The position numbers and the translations under genes are program-made. DNA of 64,000 nucleotides from Escherichia phage RB32. Shown piece after piece: positions 19,491 to 28,070 of this stretch (position 1 is its first letter; every line of letters starts with the position of its first letter). The stretch is taken from the sequence record NC_008515.1. One strand, given 5' to 3'. The notes beneath the pieces are model-generated. The model did not search any database, was not told the DNA's origin, and saw only the letters and a program-made list of their open reading frames with translations.

Positions 19491-21584
19491 TTATCCTTGA
19501 ACGAACTTGTAAGGCATGTTTGTAATATCTATGCAAGACGCAATAATTCCAAGAGATGATTCTACTTTCTGTTTAACATTTGATGAAACAAATGATGCAA
19601 AGTCAACTCTGTCTTCTACTTCAATATCACCTGTCATTGCAACTACTTCGCCGGTTTCCATTAGACAGTCTCCGTCATAAATTACCGATTCGGTGAGTTC
19701 TTCTGTGGTCATAACTTCAGCTTGAATGAGTTTTGTATTATTAGATGTTGTTCCGTCATTATTAGAAGCATCAGTTATTTTATTAACTTTGACCATCAAC
19801 CCGCGCGGTAGAATAACTTCAGCTTCTGTTGCTATTCCGAGACTTCCTGGATATACAACATTAACTTTATGAGCTCCATCAATTGCCCATCCTATTTGAA
19901 CTTTAACGTATTCAGGATTTTCTTTATACGCTCTTATTTCGTTTGGATTAATAGTTATTCCTTCTTCATTTTTATCAACTGTTAATTCGTTACGAGCTTC
20001 TGGTTCTAAAAGACCAATACCAGCATGTGTAATTCCAAAACGTCCAAAAATGATAGGAGTTAAAGAAGTAGATACAAAATTTCTGAAATAGAACACTTTA
20101 TTTTTAACTAGTGCTTCGTATATAGGAGCAGTCATACTTTGAGCACGATAAACTGTAATGCCTTCCGGTATGCGGTCACCATTTTCAAAAGCTGAATCTA
20201 AATTATTTATAGCAGATTCAATTTCTTTTTCACTCATTACATCATATCGTTCTGGATTGTAACGACCTAAAAGAAGATTATTAATGTCTGTATATCCTGA
20301 ACCACAATACTCTCTAATACCGCGCTTTTGTGATGGAGTATATTTAGAACCATCACGGGCAATAGTAATATCAATCATTGGACCAGCACCAATTCCAGAA
20401 AAGCTATAAATCATTCGTTTGAGGAATTTAGTTTTTGCTGCATTCCAGGCATTTTTAGTTATTTCTCCCCAGACTTCATCTGGTTGCCCTTTACGAGTTT
20501 TATTATGTTTATCAAGCCAATTATCTTTATATTCTTCAAAGAATTTATTAACAGCTGCTGCGTATTTCTCTAAACATTTTATTGAAGTAGTTGGCTCATT
20601 TTTTATCGCGTTAAAAATTACATCTTTAATTTTTTCGGAAACTTCATCAACCTCACTTTTTGAAAAGAATTTATAGTCATAGTGAAGTTCATTCGCAGTT
20701 CCTTCGGCAATAATTTTTGCTGCCTTAGTTTTAGAAGCTAATGAATTAATTCCAAGCTTCATTTCTTCTGCTTCGGGAATTAAAGGAGCGGTAGCAGGTT
20801 TATTGAAATTAGCTGCGGTAGATTCATACTTCTGGAATAATTCACTTTCAAACCTAGAAGATTCCAATGATTGACTTTGCGCAATTGCTCTACGGGAAAT
20901 TTTAACTTTAACGATTACAGCTTGGTCAGAACGTTTATCATTTTCTTGCGCAATAGATGCTGCAATTGCCTCATTTTTAGTTACTTGGGCTCCAGTATCT
21001 TTATTGATATAAACATCACCGACCTTCGATTCAACTTTAGTAAAGAGCTCGGTACTAATTTCCGGAACTCCTGGAATGTCTTCTAGTGATACATTTTTGC
21101 GATGTATAAGAATATATGCATACTTTTTATCATAATCCCAGAGTTCCTTAAGAAGGACGTATCTACCACCTGAACGACTACGGATAAGTCTATCAGCAAT
21201 AACTTGAATTTGTCGAGCTTGGCCAGCAGTTTTAGACTTAAGAATACGAAGCATACAAGCATCAATTTTATACTGACGCATCGTTTGCATTGCAACAGTA
21301 AAAACTGAATTGATATAATTAATTGGGCTTGGACCAAGACCTTTTAATTTAGCAATTGAACCTTTAGCAGTTAATGTAAAAGGAACAATATGCATCATTT
21401 TATCGCCCATTTTTAAATCGCGATTAGTATCACCTCCAGATGTATAGGTACATAAACGAAAGCCTGGTTGTTCAATTGCATCATCAACATGAACTGAAAA
21501 AATTTGCGGTATTTTCTTCTTTGGATTTAAGTTTGTAATCGGAAGAGTAGTATCTTCGTCAAATAATTCTGTAATGAGTTCCAT
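19491..21584 (-). CDS. alt: Alt ADP-ribosyltransferase (packaged internal head protein)
   Basis: 697 aa from the second Met (MELITELFDEDTTLPITNLNPKKK... as T4 Alt); VYRAQ, FVSTSL, TEAEV motifs. Confidence 0.92.
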   Translation of the reverse strand: MELITELFDEDTTLPITNLNPKKKIPQIFSVHVDDAIEQPGFRLCTYTSGGDTNRDLKMGDKMMHIVPFTLTAKGSIAKLKGLGPSPINYINSVFTVAMQTMRQYKIDACMLRILKSKTAGQARQIQVIADRLIRSRSGGRYVLLKELWDYDKKYAYILIHRKNVSLEDIPGVPEISTELFTKVESKVGDVYINKDTGAQVTKNEAIAASIAQENDKRSDQAVIVKVKISRRAIAQSQSLESSRFESELFQKYESTAANFNKPATAPLIPEAEEMKLGINSLASKTKAAKIIAEGTANELHYDYKFFSKSEVDEVSEKIKDVIFNAIKNEPTTSIKCLEKYAAAVNKFFEEYKDNWLDKHNKTRKGQPDEVWGEITKNAWNAAKTKFLKRMIYSFSGIGAGPMIDITIARDGSKYTPSQKRGIREYCGSGYTDINNLLLGRYNPERYDVMSEKEIESAINNLDSAFENGDRIPEGITVYRAQSMTAPIYEALVKNKVFYFRNFVSTSLTPIIFGRFGITHAGIGLLEPEARNELTVDKNEEGITINPNEIRAYKENPEYVKVQIGWAIDGAHKVNVVYPGSLGIATEAEVILPRGLMVKVNKITDASNNDGTTSNNTKLIQAEVMTTEELTESVIYDGDCLMETGEVVAMTGDIEVEDRVDFASFVSSNVKQKVESSLGIIASCIDITNMPYKFVQG

Positions 21585-21607
21585 CATATCCTCTCTAGTG
21601 TTTATTC

Positions 21608-21615
21608 TATTTATA
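21608..21615 (-). promoter_or_regulatory. Late promoter TATAAATA (minus strand) upstream of alt
   Basis: Plus-strand TATTTATA about 24 nt upstream of the alt ATG. Confidence 0.55.
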
Positions 21616-21620
21616 AAATT

Positions 21621-21637
21621 AAAGGCCCGAAGGCCTT
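21621..21637 (-). terminator. Stem-loop AAAGGCC-UUCG-GGCCUUU after the 62-aa ORF
   Basis: Perfect hairpin on the minus transcript followed by A/U-rich sequence. Confidence 0.5.
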
Positions 21638-21825
21638 TAATAATCTATTGGTAAGAGAGTACGATATATTTCAAACTTTGGACCTTTTTCATAGGCATCA
21701 AATGTTTCTGTGAATTTATTATAAGCATATGCATCTATAAATTCAATCATGATTTGTGATACAGAAGTAGAAACATCTCCACCTTCTTTTTGAGCCACGA
21801 CAATTGTTTCTAAGTAAGCTTTCAT
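21637..21825 (-). CDS. Hypothetical protein, 62 aa
   Basis: ORF whose ATG overlaps the gene 30 stop (ATGA). Confidence 0.5.
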   Translation of the reverse strand: MKAYLETIVVAQKEGGDVSTSVSQIMIEFIDAYAYNKFTETFDAYEKGPKFEIYRTLLPIDY

Positions 21826-23282
21826 AGACCAGTTACCTCATGAAAATCACCAAATACATCTTCGAATGTATTAGCTTTAGTTTTATCTTCACGTAAACGA
21901 ATCGCAATCGGAAGAAATAATTTAACGTAATCAGTGCGGCCATCAGATTTTAACCAACCGTTGCATTCGCACTCTAGAATTTTTCCAATATAATAATTTT
22001 GGTTTTCCATGATGCGAGTACGGTCAAGTTCATGTGATTTTACACCGGCTTTATCTTTTAAGCCTGAACCAGCATTTACTTTAATTTTTCCACACTCTGA
22101 TTCAAGAATAAATCCACCTGCTTTAGTAGGGTCTTTACGGTGAGGATAAATTCCTACAATTTTTAAATCAACATCAATTACTTCTTTAAATTTATAGAGA
22201 TTTTTTGAACGAGCATTTTCCCACAATCCATCGGTATTTTTGAGAATAATACCTTCAAGACCTTGGTCAATATACTTTTTGTAAATAACCTTAGCTTCAT
22301 CTAGGTTATTTACTACCTGGTTTTCAATTAAAATTACTTTATCATAGCCTGATGTCATTTGTTCTAGTTTAGAAAAACGTACATCATATTTTAAACGAAA
22401 TGCTGGAAGACCGTATACTTCTACCAACGGTACATAATCCCAGACCTGAAACTTCATGCATTGAGCTTCTTTTTCTGAAATAGTTCCTTTTAAAGATTTA
22501 TTAGCGATTCCATTAGAAGCAGTACGTGATTCAGCTACTTCTGTGAAGTCTTTAGCTTTGCTAATTTCAGGAGTGTCAAAAAGAAAATCTAGGCCTTCTG
22601 ATTCCTTTTTAACTTGCTCATGGTATACCAATTCGCCATCAATTAACACACCTTCTGGATGAATCTGGCGGGCTTCAGCAGTCATTTTGATTAACTCTTC
22701 CTTAAGAAGATCTAATCCTAGGTATTCATTACCAGCTCGTGATAAAAGACGAACATCATCTAATTCATCACCTCTGACTTCAGCAAAGCACCGAGCTCCA
22801 TCAGCTTTTAATTGGGCAAAGGCTGGAAATTTGATATTCTTATTAATGCCTTTTTCATCATAAGAACTTGCCAGCATTTGAGGTTGTTCAGGAATTAAAC
22901 CTGGCCAAACTTTGTTTGCAATAGATACTGATGCACCGCATTCAAGGTCTCGCATCATCACCCGACGCAAAACTTCAACATCATCTTTTTTACCGTCAGT
23001 AATATATCCAGTTAATTCCTCAATTGCCGCATTTCCAGTCAATTTCCGAGTAGCTAACGTGAATTCAATGAAGTCAAGCATATCGGTAAGAGTCAACATT
23101 CCAAAACTCTGGGTAGCAATACCAGGTTTAGGCCATTTCTTGATATAATACTGTAACCCACGAGAATAAGTCAGACGATATACTCGTTTAAGCAATTCAT
23201 TATCTTTATTCTTTTCAAGAATTGCTTGCTTCTGCTTAGTTGAACCAATAGATGCTATTTCGTTCAGAATTTTAAGAATCAT
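21822..23282 (-). CDS. 30: ATP-dependent DNA ligase gp30
   Basis: 486 aa, MILKILNEIASIGSTKQKQAILEKNKDNELLKRVY..., adenylation motif KADGAR; matches T4 DNA ligase. Confidence 0.95.
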   Translation of the reverse strand: MILKILNEIASIGSTKQKQAILEKNKDNELLKRVYRLTYSRGLQYYIKKWPKPGIATQSFGMLTLTDMLDFIEFTLATRKLTGNAAIEELTGYITDGKKDDVEVLRRVMMRDLECGASVSIANKVWPGLIPEQPQMLASSYDEKGINKNIKFPAFAQLKADGARCFAEVRGDELDDVRLLSRAGNEYLGLDLLKEELIKMTAEARQIHPEGVLIDGELVYHEQVKKESEGLDFLFDTPEISKAKDFTEVAESRTASNGIANKSLKGTISEKEAQCMKFQVWDYVPLVEVYGLPAFRLKYDVRFSKLEQMTSGYDKVILIENQVVNNLDEAKVIYKKYIDQGLEGIILKNTDGLWENARSKNLYKFKEVIDVDLKIVGIYPHRKDPTKAGGFILESECGKIKVNAGSGLKDKAGVKSHELDRTRIMENQNYYIGKILECECNGWLKSDGRTDYVKLFLPIAIRLREDKTKANTFEDVFGDFHEVTGL

Positions 23283-23548
23283 TGTTCATCCTTTAGAGTT
23301 TGGTTTACAGCTCTATTATAAATCAATTCATCATTAAGCTCAGTCAAAGACCTGTGGTACGTGGTTCTAACTTTATTTCCTTGCATCCAGTGCTTGACGT
23401 AAATGAAACCTTGCTCTACACATTTTTTAAAAATTCGTTCGTCTTTTTGAGCTCGGAATTCTGGATTGCATCTAAAAAATTGATTTACGTGACCGTAATC
23501 ACGTGTAGTATTACCTTCATTTTCATAAATAGTGTGAACGACAAACAT
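23279..23548 (-). CDS. Hypothetical protein, 89 aa (30.1 position)
   Basis: ORF coupled (ATGA overlap) to gene 30 and to the next ORF. Confidence 0.6.
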   Translation of the reverse strand: MFVVHTIYENEGNTTRDYGHVNQFFRCNPEFRAQKDERIFKKCVEQGFIYVKHWMQGNKVRTTYHRSLTELNDELIYNRAVNQTLKDEQ

Positions 23549-24387
23549 TAGAATGCTCCTTGGAAAATATTATCACCACTAGTAGGTCTATTATACAAAT
23601 ACTCTATGCCACCAGGTTTAATATAGTTCCATGTCTGAAACGGATGTGTCTGATATGGATGATATAGATGATTATAAGGATTAAATCCAGGAGTTCTCCA
23701 GGTAGTGTTCCAAGGAAAAGAATCGTTTTTAATCATCTTTTCAATTACATCTTTTATAGCTTTTTCACTATCAAAACTTTCTTTATTTTCCTTCGATGGA
23801 AAAAGCTTATTCTCGACATCATTCCATGTATAAACTCGCTGAGCAGTTTTTGGAATACTGTCACGCTCCCCTCGAGCCATCCAATAAACAGGAACATTTA
23901 ATATTTCACTCGCATGATCGCAGTGATGAGCGAGATCGTCAATATAACAAATTACGTTATATTTCTCTTTTGCCTTTTTGAACAACTCTTCTTTTGAAGA
24001 ATCATGACCACACATCATTACTTCTGAGAAGGCACCAGGAAAAAGAGCATTCAAATTAAATTGGCGATTCAACAGAGCGTCAATAGAATCACCTAATGCT
24101 GTAACAGCTACAAAATTATAATCTTCTTTTAATTTGTTAATTACACACAGGGCATCTTTATACGGAGACAAGTAACGAATAAAATCTGAACGATTGTATT
24201 TTTCAATTAACTTGACGCCAAGTTCTTCGTCACAATTAAAGAGTTTACCTGGAGAAATAAATTTCTCATCTTGGATCATTTTTAAAATATGTTCTAACGG
24301 AAGATTATATTTCTGGGCAAAATAAGGAAGGCCTGATTGCCAGCTTAAACATACTCCATCAATATCAGTCAAAATAGTTGGCTTCAT
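23548..24387 (-). CDS. HAD-superfamily hydrolase-like protein, 279 aa (30.2 position)
   Basis: N-terminal motif ILTDIDGV (hhhDxDGV, HAD motif I) and later YIDD acidic motif. Confidence 0.6.
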   Translation of the reverse strand: MKPTILTDIDGVCLSWQSGLPYFAQKYNLPLEHILKMIQDEKFISPGKLFNCDEELGVKLIEKYNRSDFIRYLSPYKDALCVINKLKEDYNFVAVTALGDSIDALLNRQFNLNALFPGAFSEVMMCGHDSSKEELFKKAKEKYNVICYIDDLAHHCDHASEILNVPVYWMARGERDSIPKTAQRVYTWNDVENKLFPSKENKESFDSEKAIKDVIEKMIKNDSFPWNTTWRTPGFNPYNHLYHPYQTHPFQTWNYIKPGGIEYLYNRPTSGDNIFQGAF

Positions 24388-24848
24388 AGAGAGTCTCTTA
24401 ATAGATTTAACACATCAATAAATTCAGCTTCGGTTAGTATTGTATCATCTTTTGTTAGACCACTAGCCATGCTGTGCTTCAAAACTTTTCCTTTCGAGGC
24501 TTGTAATGCATCACGAAAGCCCCTGTTTTGGATCGCTGCTTCAAAATATGCATTTGTGTATAATTCTTTCCACGCTGGAGAGTATCTTGAAAATGGAACT
24601 CCAAGCCAGAACAACGTGCCACGGTCCTGAGCTCTAGCATAAGCTCGTCCAGCTTGTTGGGCGGCAAGCCCGGATAAACCAAATATACGACGTTGTTGTT
24701 CAACATTTTTCACTTTGCATCCTTGGAGGAATCCTTCAAGACCTCCGAATTGAATACCATCCATGACGAAAGGCCATTGGGCGAAATTGCTTAATGCACA
24801 TGATGGCCATCTAAAATTGCTTCTAATCTCTAACTCAGACATTTTCAA
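24384..24848 (-). CDS. YbiA/NADAR-like protein, 154 aa (30.3 position)
   Basis: Motifs LSNFAQWPFVMDGIQF...EGFLQGCKV and ALQASKGKVLKHS resemble the YbiA/DUF1768 (NADAR) signature FSNFAxWPIxVDG...EHYFQAxKF...LVEHT. Confidence 0.55.
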   Translation of the reverse strand: MKMSELEIRSNFRWPSCALSNFAQWPFVMDGIQFGGLEGFLQGCKVKNVEQQRRIFGLSGLAAQQAGRAYARAQDRGTLFWLGVPFSRYSPAWKELYTNAYFEAAIQNRGFRDALQASKGKVLKHSMASGLTKDDTILTEAEFIDVLNLLRDSL

Positions 24849-25041
24849 TACTTATAATTTCAACATCAGCCCAATGACCATAGCAAGGAAGACGAAATTC
24901 AACTGGCCAGTTAGGGTCCTTTTCTAATATAATAGACTTAACTTGTGGTTCTTCATGTTCATCGGTATATGGACCTTTATATGTTACTTTATATGTGACC
25001 TTAATGTACTGAATTCCAAAAATCTTATTAATTATATTCAT
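24835..25041 (-). CDS. Hypothetical protein, 68 aa
   Basis: ORF in the 30.x small-gene run. Confidence 0.45.
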   Translation of the reverse strand: MNIINKIFGIQYIKVTYKVTYKGPYTDEHEEPQVKSIILEKDPNWPVEFRLPCYGHWADVEIISIENV

Positions 25042-25235
25042 ACTAATTCCTTTAATCCGTAAATAGGAGATAATTCATCACCCATACGAATGTCTTCATT
25101 TCCATCTACCCAGGAAACAATATAAGCCTCTTTTATTTGAACACCACACCATTTAAATGGAGGTAGAACCTTAGAAATTAATCCAGGTATACCAACTCCC
25201 TTTAATTCAACAGTTTGACCTAAAAAGAATTTCAT
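25038..25235 (-). CDS. Hypothetical protein, 65 aa
   Basis: ORF coupled by ATGA overlaps to neighbours. Confidence 0.45.
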   Translation of the reverse strand: MKFFLGQTVELKGVGIPGLISKVLPPFKWCGVQIKEAYIVSWVDGNEDIRMGDELSPIYGLKELV

Positions 25236-25522
25236 TAGAACCTCATTTGAAAACCGTGCGATTTAACATTACCGCCGCCAATATCAGAAATGTTAATTTC
25301 ACGCGCAATTGAAGGGTCAATGTCAATTTCACGATTGAGTTTAGTGATAGCTAAAGTATCACGCCCATTTACTGTACGAAATTCTAAAGGACAAACCACA
25401 TCAACGTAATTTTTAATCGATTCACTGGTAGGTTGCAAATGTGCAGAAAGGTCTTTGGGCGCCTTTGAGAAAACAACTTCACAGAAATTTTTGCGGGTGT
25501 CAAAATAAGTAGTCATAAACAT
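25235..25522 (-). CDS. Hypothetical protein, 96 aa
   Basis: Start moved to Met-18 of the track ORF (SD GAGGAAA upstream); the longer ORF would run through the stem-loop at 25540..25553. Confidence 0.5.
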   Translation of the reverse strand: MFMTTYFDTRKNFCEVVFSKAPKDLSAHLQPTSESIKNYVDVVCPLEFRTVNGRDTLAITKLNREIDIDPSIAREINISDIGGGNVKSHGFQMRF

Positions 25523-25539
25523 AATGTTTTCCTCAGTAA

Positions 25540-25553
25540 GGGGCCGAAGCCCC
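25540..25553 (-). terminator. UUCG stem-loop GGGGC-UUCG-GCCCC
   Basis: Hairpin immediately after the stop of the 121-aa ORF; no strong U-tract, may be an RNA-stability element. Confidence 0.4.
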
Positions 25554-25562
25554 TGTTTTATT

Positions 25563-25928
25563 TTAAATATCAAATTCGTTAAGAACTACATCAAAGATTG
25601 CTTCAAGATGCTCAGGTTTAGCTCTGTTACTCAGAATATGACGAATCCAAGTTTTAACCAAAAGCTTGCGATTAGCACCATTCCAGCAAGGATGAGTCCC
25701 TAAATCGCGTTGACGAAAATCATCATCCAAAGCAATTTTGAAGTTGGAACCTTCCATAGTGATGGAAACTGTAATACCATTTTCAAATCGCATATAAACG
25801 TAGTTAGGAGTCATATACTGTTCAATTTCGCATACTGATCCATTTTGATGTTTCCAAAGGCAGATGGTATCAATAGAACCTGCAATACCATTAGAAACAT
25901 ATTTACGTTCAAAGTTGATGTAGTTCAT
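25563..25928 (-). CDS. Hypothetical protein, 121 aa
   Basis: ORF in the 30.x run. Confidence 0.55.
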   Translation of the reverse strand: MNYINFERKYVSNGIAGSIDTICLWKHQNGSVCEIEQYMTPNYVYMRFENGITVSITMEGSNFKIALDDDFRQRDLGTHPCWNGANRKLLVKTWIRHILSNRAKPEHLEAIFDVVLNEFDI

Positions 25929-25996
25929 TTTTATTCTCCGAGATGTTTAATTGCAGTACAGGTATATAATATCATATCCTGTACCAAAGTAAACAA

Positions 25997-26329
25997 TTAT
26001 TTTACTATTTTCCAATGCTGCATGTCAAGTTTACCAACTTTTTTCATCTTCTCAATCAAACGTTCGGCACGTTGGCGAGCTGTAACATAATGCCATTCGC
26101 CTAATTCATTTTGTTCAATTTTTCCAACGATTACTGTATTCAATTCATAAATCCAACCAGTAAAGAAATTATGAACTTGAATTGTAAAGGTGAAATCTGT
26201 TCCCATACCTTCTGTTGTTTCTACTTCAATAATATCACCTTCAACTGCCATTAAGAACCACATAGTTTCATCATATTTACCATTGAAGCATTTAGTTTTA
26301 ACTGTAGCGTTCAGATTAATCGTTTTCAT
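25997..26329 (-). CDS. Hypothetical protein, 110 aa
   Basis: ORF with an early promoter upstream. Confidence 0.55.
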   Translation of the reverse strand: MKTINLNATVKTKCFNGKYDETMWFLMAVEGDIIEVETTEGMGTDFTFTIQVHNFFTGWIYELNTVIVGKIEQNELGEWHYVTARQRAERLIEKMKKVGKLDMQHWKIVK

Positions 26330-26356
26330 TTTATTCTCCTTTGTTTGTGTAAGATA

Positions 26357-26386
26357 ATACTATCACAAAGGAACTATACTGTAAAC
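26357..26386 (-). promoter_or_regulatory. Early promoter GTTTAC-N18-TAGTAT
   Basis: Minus-strand match to T4 early promoter consensus about 28 nt upstream of the 110-aa ORF. Confidence 0.45.
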
Positions 26387-26414
26387 AACTTTATGTAATC
26401 TTTGGAAAATAAAA

Positions 26415-26434
26415 AGGACTCCCGAAGGAGTCCT
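26415..26434 (-). terminator. Rho-independent terminator AGGACUCC-UUCG-GGAGUCCU + U-run
   Basis: 8-bp stem with UUCG loop followed by UUUUUAUUUU on the minus transcript, just after the basic small ORF. Confidence 0.65.
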
Positions 26435-26438
26435 CAAC

Positions 26439-26615
26439 TTATGCTTTCTGCTTACCAAAACGAGAAGCATCATCTCGAAGAACCGCACGTGCTCGGCGCA
26501 TGATCTTCTCAACAGTTTGATTGATACGAGAGTTCGACCCACGCTTGTAGCCAGCGCGTTTAGAATCACCAACTTTCTTTTCAACTGCTTTCTTTGCTTT
26601 AGCTTGTTTTGCCAT
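26439..26615 (-). CDS. Small basic protein, 58 aa (30.9 position)
   Basis: MAKQAKAKKAVEKKVGDSKRAGYKRGS... Lys/Arg-rich; start taken at the internal Met of the 72-aa track ORF. Confidence 0.5.
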   Translation of the reverse strand: MAKQAKAKKAVEKKVGDSKRAGYKRGSNSRINQTVEKIMRRARAVLRDDASRFGKQKA

Positions 26616-26736
26616 TATAAATTCTCTTTTAAATGAAAATGCAGGACTTATTGGCATTGCCTGCGCAAGCCCTCAAGGGGAACATAGGTTTTTGGATATT
26701 TAACGACCAGGATAACCATAAACCTCGTCAACATAA

Positions 26737-26985
26737 TTACTTCAATGTTACCACAAAGTGACGAACTGCTTTTCGTGCAGCAGAAGCCAAAGGCTTAGCA
26801 TATTTAAGTTCATCTTTTTCCTGAAGCTCAGCAGCTAATGCGGTTTGAGCAGGATTCAGATGTTTGAAATAACGCAGAATTTCAAGAGCTTCGGCTTCAA
26901 CATCAATAGATGCGCCATAGTTTTCGTGACCATTATTCCATGCGTTTCGTTGCAGTTCAAGAGCGTGTTGTAATTGTTTAATCAT
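26737..26985 (-). CDS. rIII: rIII lysis-inhibition accessory protein
   Basis: 82 aa, MIKQLQHALELQRNAWNNGHENYGASIDVEAEALEILRYF..., matches T4 rIII. Confidence 0.9.
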   Translation of the reverse strand: MIKQLQHALELQRNAWNNGHENYGASIDVEAEALEILRYFKHLNPAQTALAAELQEKDELKYAKPLASAARKAVRHFVVTLK

Positions 26986-27123
26986 TTAAAAATTCTCGTT
27001 AGAGATTAAAACTCGGTAGTCACGTTCTTCTGAATTTCATCTTCTTTCGACAGATCTCTCAGTTGTAGACTACCACATAGAATTGTTCGGTTAACTTATT
27101 ATTCCGACACCCAATTCATATTA

Positions 27124-27131
27124 TTATTTAT
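27124..27131 (-). promoter_or_regulatory. Late-promoter-like TATAAATA (minus strand) between gene 31 and rIII
   Basis: Plus-strand TATTTATA immediately after the gene 31 stop, about 140 nt upstream of rIII. Confidence 0.4.
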
Positions 27132-27132
27132 A

Positions 27133-27468
27133 TCACTTATAAAGACATGGAATAGCTTTATAGTGACAAGTAACGAATTTTTGTTTAATTTCTTTTGGCT
27201 GCTTAAGACCCAGAGCTACAAAAGGATGCGGAACATTTCGAATTTGACCAACTGGAAGAGAAGTCAAATCACCAACTTCGCAGAAACCTTCAGGAACATC
27301 AGGACCGACAGAGTGAACTACACACAGTTCAGGAACTTCACCTTGAACACGTTTACCGATAATAAGTCCTGATTCTGTAACTTCTTCATCACCGGCTTGT
27401 GCAGGTTCAGAAACTAAAATAACATATTCACCGACAGCACGAATTGGTAGCTGTTGTACTTCAGACAT
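27133..27468 (-). CDS. 31: Co-chaperonin gp31 (GroES analogue)
   Basis: 111 aa, [40 protein letters not shown]..., matches T4 gp31. Confidence 0.93.
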
Positions 27469-27524
27469 CGTTTTTCCTTTTTGTTAACAGATGAATTAAT
27501 AATAACAAATAATTCTTAAAGCAT

Positions 27525-27833
27525 TTATTTACCAATAAATTGGAGCAAATGCTCAACTTTCATACCATTAACGGAAATCAATTTGTCAATAGAAAAACCT
27601 CGCCATGCACCAAGCTCAACATCAAACACTGGAATCATGTCAGTAGATTCTTTCCGAGTAGATTCAGTCAATTTACCAGTTTGCATGGTTGGCATAAAGT
27701 CTGCATCACGAGTACCTTTCATAGTACGAATAGTACCATCAGACTTTTCAAAAACTACGTTTGAAACACCCATGGACAATTTAGTTTTCAAAATTTCACG
27801 AATTGCTACTTTCTGCTCAGTTGTCAGTTTCAT
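27525..27833 (-). CDS. Hypothetical protein, 102 aa (31.1 position)
   Basis: ORF following gene 31 on the minus strand. Confidence 0.55.
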   Translation of the reverse strand: MKLTTEQKVAIREILKTKLSMGVSNVVFEKSDGTIRTMKGTRDADFMPTMQTGKLTESTRKESTDMIPVFDVELGAWRGFSIDKLISVNGMKVEHLLQFIGK

Positions 27834-28070
27834 TTATTTACCTATTACAGTTTTAATATGAGTTGTTCCACGTTCTTTAAGGGTGGAAAGTAATTTTTGG
27901 CATTTTTCTAAATCAGATTTCCAACTATATGGTTTATCAATACAAACCCAATTTGTCTTATAATACTGTTTCCATTTAGAGAAAAAATATTTCTTATACT
28001 CTACAGCAAACGAGATGTTCTCATTAGAATAAGAACTAATTGCTGTGAGCTTTACCAAACGAAATTTCAT
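27834..28070 (-). CDS. Hypothetical protein, 78 aa (31.2 position)
   Basis: ORF coupled to cd. Confidence 0.5.
   Translation of the reverse strand: MKFRLVKLTAISSYSNENISFAVEYKKYFFSKWKQYYKTNWVCIDKPYSWKSDLEKCQKLLSTLKERGTTHIKTVIGK

Noticed and set aside
17430-21584. Possibility that the two Alt genes are an assembly duplication artefact
   Set aside because: The two copies differ extensively at nucleotide and protein level (C-terminal halves barely alignable by eye), which is incompatible with a collapsed or duplicated repeat artefact.
26363-26584. 73-aa ORF 26363..26584 overlapping the basic small-protein gene and its terminator
   Set aside because: It runs through a strong rho-independent terminator hairpin and overlaps the better-supported 26439..26615 ORF in another frame.
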